A stretch of 63,716 bases of DNA, counting the filler, from Lenisia limosa (Eukaryota > Protista > Breviatea), in assembly GCA_001655205.1 (NCBI GenBank). It is 11 parts of 11 records of this genome, joined end to end, with 100 filler letters (N's around TTAATTAATTAA, not from the genome) between each part and the next. Parts side by side here need not be neighbours in the genome. Positions count along the whole stretch, not along the records: positions 59,677 to 62,220 come from LPNZ01002349.1; positions 62,321 to 63,716 come from LPNZ01004689.1; 9 more parts are not named here. One strand, given 5' to 3'. Position 1 is the first letter of the stretch; each line of letters begins with the position of its first letter. The translations under genes and the position numbers were made by a program. The notes below the pieces were generated by a model, which saw only the letters and a program-made list of their open reading frames with translations, was not told where the DNA came from and did no database searches. Shown piece after piece: positions 60,194 to 63,716 of the stretch.

Positions 60194-61720
60194 CAAAGTC
60201 TTGTTGTTTAGGGCGATTTCGTTCTGCAGGTCTCTGAGTTGTGCCTGTTTGACTCCAAGGTTCCTGAAGCATTATTGGGGCATTGCGATTTGAAAGTTGG
60301 GGGAGGGGAGAAGAATCAGGGTAATACGTAACAATTTTTAGAATAACACCTTTTGCCTGATATACATTAACAAGCAAAGGTCCCGGCACGTATATTGAAC
60401 TTTATCTTGATTCATATGGAGAACAATGACGACAACAACAACAACAATAAAAAAAACACCTCTGTTGGTTTAGCATTTAGGGAACACAGAAGGGTTAAAC
60501 AACAAAACAAACTTGAATTCAGCTTAGTAACAGTAAATGTGGTGATATGCAGTCACCAAAAATGGGCGTTTCCTGTAGACAGTTTGCTTTATGATCCTAG
60601 TTTCAATAGAGACTTTACTCTCTATGATCTTAGTTTCAATAGAGACTATCTTAATGATCCTAGTTTCAATAGAGACTTTACTCTCTATGATCCCAATTTC
60701 AATAGTGACTTTACTGCATAACAATTCTGTTGCCCACTGAATGACAGCTTCTTCGTCCTGTTTGCTCTGTTGAGAGTCAGCGGAAGCATCTTCGTTTTTC
60801 GAGTCTTGAACACTAGGAAAATGAGATTCAGACTGTGGCCAAAGTAAAACTGGTAATGAGATTTTGGGCTAGTTTTCGGATAAGAAAACGTCTGGAATTG
60901 CAAAATTTGACCGTATTTTGGTGATCGAACTATTTTAGATGAGACCAGTAAACTATCGAAATATATTCATTTTGTGTTGGAGTGGACCCTAATTATTGGG
61001 CATAACAGAGTGAGACGTCCCACCTCTTTTCGAGTTCTTTCTTTCGGTCCTCGGCAGCTCTCAGTTCNNNNNNNNNNNNNNNNNNNNNNNNNNNNNNNNN
61101 NNNNNNNNNNNNNNNNNNNNNNNNNNNNNNNNNNNNNNNNNNNNNNNNNNNNNNNNNNNNNNNNNNNNNNNNNNNNNNNNNCACAGCTTTCTGAGGCCTA
61201 CCCAGCATATAAATAAAGGATATGAAGTAATTAAATCAAATAAAGGTTACAAAGCAATTAAATCAAATAAAATAAAATTTAGTGAAAATAAGGAATCAAC
61301 AGCAAACCTGCCAATTTCAGCAGAGACGTTGACAACAGCGTTGTTGAGTTCCATATTCTTTTGCTTGATAATTGCCTGGACAGTTCAGTTTCCTATTATT
61401 CCGGGGTGATACTGTGTGTGTGGGTAAAAAAATTGGAAAATTAACGAAGCAAAAACCTAAAATCAACTCTGCTGGCTGACAACACCAGAGGATTGATAAC
61501 AACAAAACAAAAAAAGCCCAGGCCAGTCACCTCTACAGCACCACATCCCAATACTCCAACAAACAAAGACTAGGCCAGTCGCTTCTGCAGCACCGCATCC
61601 TATCATCAAAAACCACAACACCTCCCCCTCCCCCACCGTATCGGGAACAGTCCATTTGGCGATATCGAGGCAGATGCTCCTCCAACTGGCCTTGGCTTTC
61701 TCCAGGTCCTTCAACCTCCT
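60194..61720 (-). CDS. Multi-exon coiled-coil hypothetical protein (fragment)
   Basis: Exons RLKDLEKAKASWRSICLDIAKWTVPDT, AIIKQKNMELNNAVVNVSAEIGR, LRAAEDRKKELEK|SVQDSKNEDASADSQQSKQDEEAVIQ and NLGVKQAQLRDLQNEIALNNKTL with GT-AG boundaries; some joins unresolved. Confidence 0.5.
60590..60717. repeat. 33/30/33/32 bp minisatellite, 4 units
   Basis: ATGATCCTAGTTTCAATAGAGACTTTACTCTC-like units in tandem. Confidence 0.88.
61422..61600 (+). repeat. Dispersed repeat family B, full copy with a duplicated right end, intronic
   Basis: GGGTAAAAAAATTGGAAAATT..CCTAAAATCAACTCTGCTGGCTGACAACAC..AAAGCCCAGGCCAGTCACCTCTACAGCACCACATCC, then AAAGACTAGGCCAGTCGCTTCTGCAGCACCGCATCC. Confidence 0.85.
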
Positions 61721-61729
61721 GAATGATTA

Positions 61730-61822
61730 GGGCTTCACTTCGGTCCGAAAAAGACCTTTTAAATATCGATAGTCGAGGATTTATCGAGAGATTCGGTCTT
61801 TTTTGTTCCCAAAGGGAAGCCC
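61730..61822. mobile_element. MITE family A, full-length copy
   Basis: TA-GGGCTTCACTTCGGTCCGAAAAAGAC ... GTCTTTTTTGTTCCCAAAGGGAAGCCC-TA. Confidence 0.88.
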
Positions 61823-62370
61823 TAGTTTAGATGTTTGTGGATATTAAAAGATAAACACAGCATACATATACAATATGATAAACTTTTCCTATTAGTGGTA
61901 TCAGTTGACATTTTTGGATAAGATCAATATATGACTTAAAAGCGAAAAAGTGATCATGACTTAAACAATCAATAATATGTACACAAATAGCTATATATAC
62001 ATCTGCATATATACATATCATAGTATGATAAAGCGGGAAAGTGAAAATAGACATTTTCGTAGTAAACCTCAGATTTTGATCCTGGTTGGCATAGAGGTAG
62101 ATATTTGTTATACTATATGCATATGCATATCAGACACAATATTTTACAATTTTTGGATGTTAATGTTATCAAATATGATATTACTGATAATTATAACAGA
62201 TACTAAAGCTGGTATTTTTTNNNNNNNNNNNNNNNNNNNNNNNNNNNNNNNNNNNNNNNNNNNNTTAATTAATTAANNNNNNNNNNNNNNNNNNNNNNNN
62301 NNNNNNNNNNNNNNNNNNNNTTTACCTGGGTAACAAAACAGTCCCCATTATATCCCAGGTGAAGTCCCAC

Positions 62371-63220
62371 AGAATCTCTGGCGTTCCGGTCAGCTCCAGC
62401 CCCAATCAAAAGTCGGCAACAGTCCGTATGTCCGCTGATAGCAGCAAAGTGAAGGGGCGTAGAGTTGTACTGAGGGGGTAATTGGCCGTTCACTCAGTAA
62501 GTTCAACAGATGAAAGCAGCGCAGATAACCCACATCGGTTTTAGCATCTAAGTCAGCGCTACTTTGGATCAAGGTTTGGACAACAGTCGAATGTCCATTC
62601 TCAGCAGCCTTGTGAAGGGGTGTCCAGCCGTTCTAGAAAATGAGTGACAATTGGAGGAAGAAGGCAATAAACACAAATACCCTTGTTTTCCTTTCGACTT
62701 GTTCACAATCTATTTGGAGTGGCCCTTCTTTTATCTGCTACTCTTGCCCTCATAATGGAATAAACGTTCTTGAAACACTACTAGATATAGACGCAACGGC
62801 CAGCATTATTTTCAGTCAAAAAATGTTCGACTATGAACAATATCAACAAATGCTCACTTTGTCCTTCATATTGATGTTCATTCCACGTTCCAGCAGAAAC
62901 TGTACGGTCTCATGGGATCCACTCTGAGCAGCAAGTTGGAGGAGGGAGTCGCCATTCTGGAGGGTGAACTGATGGAAATGAAATAAACTAAGGGGGAAAT
63001 ACGAGGGGGGTATAAACATATGAAAAGACGGTTTTATATGATTGCTGTTATTATACATATTTACTTGGATTTTAAATATGAAAATGAAAACAAAGCTCTT
63101 ATAGCTTAGATTAAAGCCTACCTTGTTCTTCATTTTAAAGTTCATTCCACGTTCGACCAGATACTGTACAGTCTCATGTGATCCACTCTGAGCAGCAAGT
63201 TGGAGGAGGGAGTCGCCATT
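62371..63220 (-). CDS. Ankyrin-repeat protein, four internal exons (both ends truncated)
   Basis: 99-nt phase-0 exons 63122-63220, 62858-62956, 62534-62632 and 62371-62469: NGDSLLQLAAQSGSHETVQ.L.ERGMN..., NGWTPLHKAAENGHSTVVQTLIQSSADLDAKTD and YNSTPLHFAAISGHTDCCRLLIGAGADRNARDS. Confidence 0.93.
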
Positions 63221-63716
63221 CTGGAGGGTGATAGAATGCTAAGGAAGTAAATATATTGGTAAATTGGAGTCTTTGTATAGGGTAAAATCAATTTTTTTAC
63301 GGCNNNNNNNNNNNNNNNNNNNNNNNNNNNNNNNNNNNNNNNNNNNNNNNNNNNNNNNNNNNNNNNNNNNNNNNNNNNNNNNNNNNNNNNNNNNNNNNNN
63401 NNNNNNNNNNNNNNNNNNNNNNNNNNNNNNNNNNNNNNNNNNNNNNNNNNNNNNNNNNNNNNNNNNNNNNNNNNNNNNNNNNNNNNNNNNNNNNNNNNNN
63501 NNNNNNNNNNNNNNNNNNNNNNNNNNNNNNNNNNNNNNNNNNNNAGGAAATAATCCAAACAAAAAGCTTGTCATTTTTTGAAAAAAGTAAGGTTGAACTA
63601 TAATGTTGTTATTTTTGATGAGCAACTTTTAAAGAGGCGAAGGATTAACTGGTATTTGAATATATTTTAATAACAACTTCGGAAGTAGTGTTTTTCTATG
63701 TATATATATCATATAG

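Noticed and set aside
15729-60717. Tandem arrays (15729, 60119, 60590) as CRISPR arrays
   Set aside because: The units are directly adjacent with no unique spacers, there are no cas genes, and the context is eukaryotic.
3304-62320. Ten TTAATTAATTAA motifs as a biological repeat, and gene neighbourhoods across them as a cluster
   Set aside because: Each sits in the centre of a 100-bp N spacer and is a standard six-frame-stop concatenation linker. Genes on different scaffolds are not known to be adjacent.
1-63716. rRNA or tRNA genes
   Set aside because: No cloverleaf with A/B boxes or rRNA signature was recognised by eye; tRNAscan-SE and barrnap were not run.

Overview
Intron-rich eukaryotic draft DNA (GT-AG introns, standard genetic code, probably a protist; lineage cannot be assigned from this window). 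It is not one locus. Ten artificial N44-TTAATTAATTAA-N44 linkers join 11 small scaffolds, and many further N gaps abut poly-G/C runs. Genes reconstructed by hand across introns: an intron-riddled pogo/Fot1-type DD35D transposase, clathrin heavy chain (3' part, poly-Q tail), glutamate-cysteine ligase modifier subunit (GCLM), a WD40 protein, a Cys-rich multi-TM protein, a large alpha-solenoid protein (weakly NBAS/Rod-like), an IU nucleoside hydrolase fragment, a decayed Tc1 element with an intron, a PNKP-related P-loop kinase plus dead HAD phosphatase plus SWIM finger gene, and an ankyrin gene with 99-nt exons. Introns and intergenic DNA are densely populated by at least five short dispersed repeat families: two TA-flanked MITEs sharing GGGCT termini, a TIR-less poly-C-ended element, a UUCG-hairpin element and one more. 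No rRNA, tRNA or CRISPR array was seen. The most unusual signals are the PNKP-derived pseudo-phosphatase/SWIM architecture, spliceosomal introns inside two DDD/E transposases, a 30-31 nt micro-intron class, G-runs right after 5' splice sites, and arm-to-arm co-variation in the MITEs. All gene models and family assignments are by eye and need HMM/RNA-seq confirmation.
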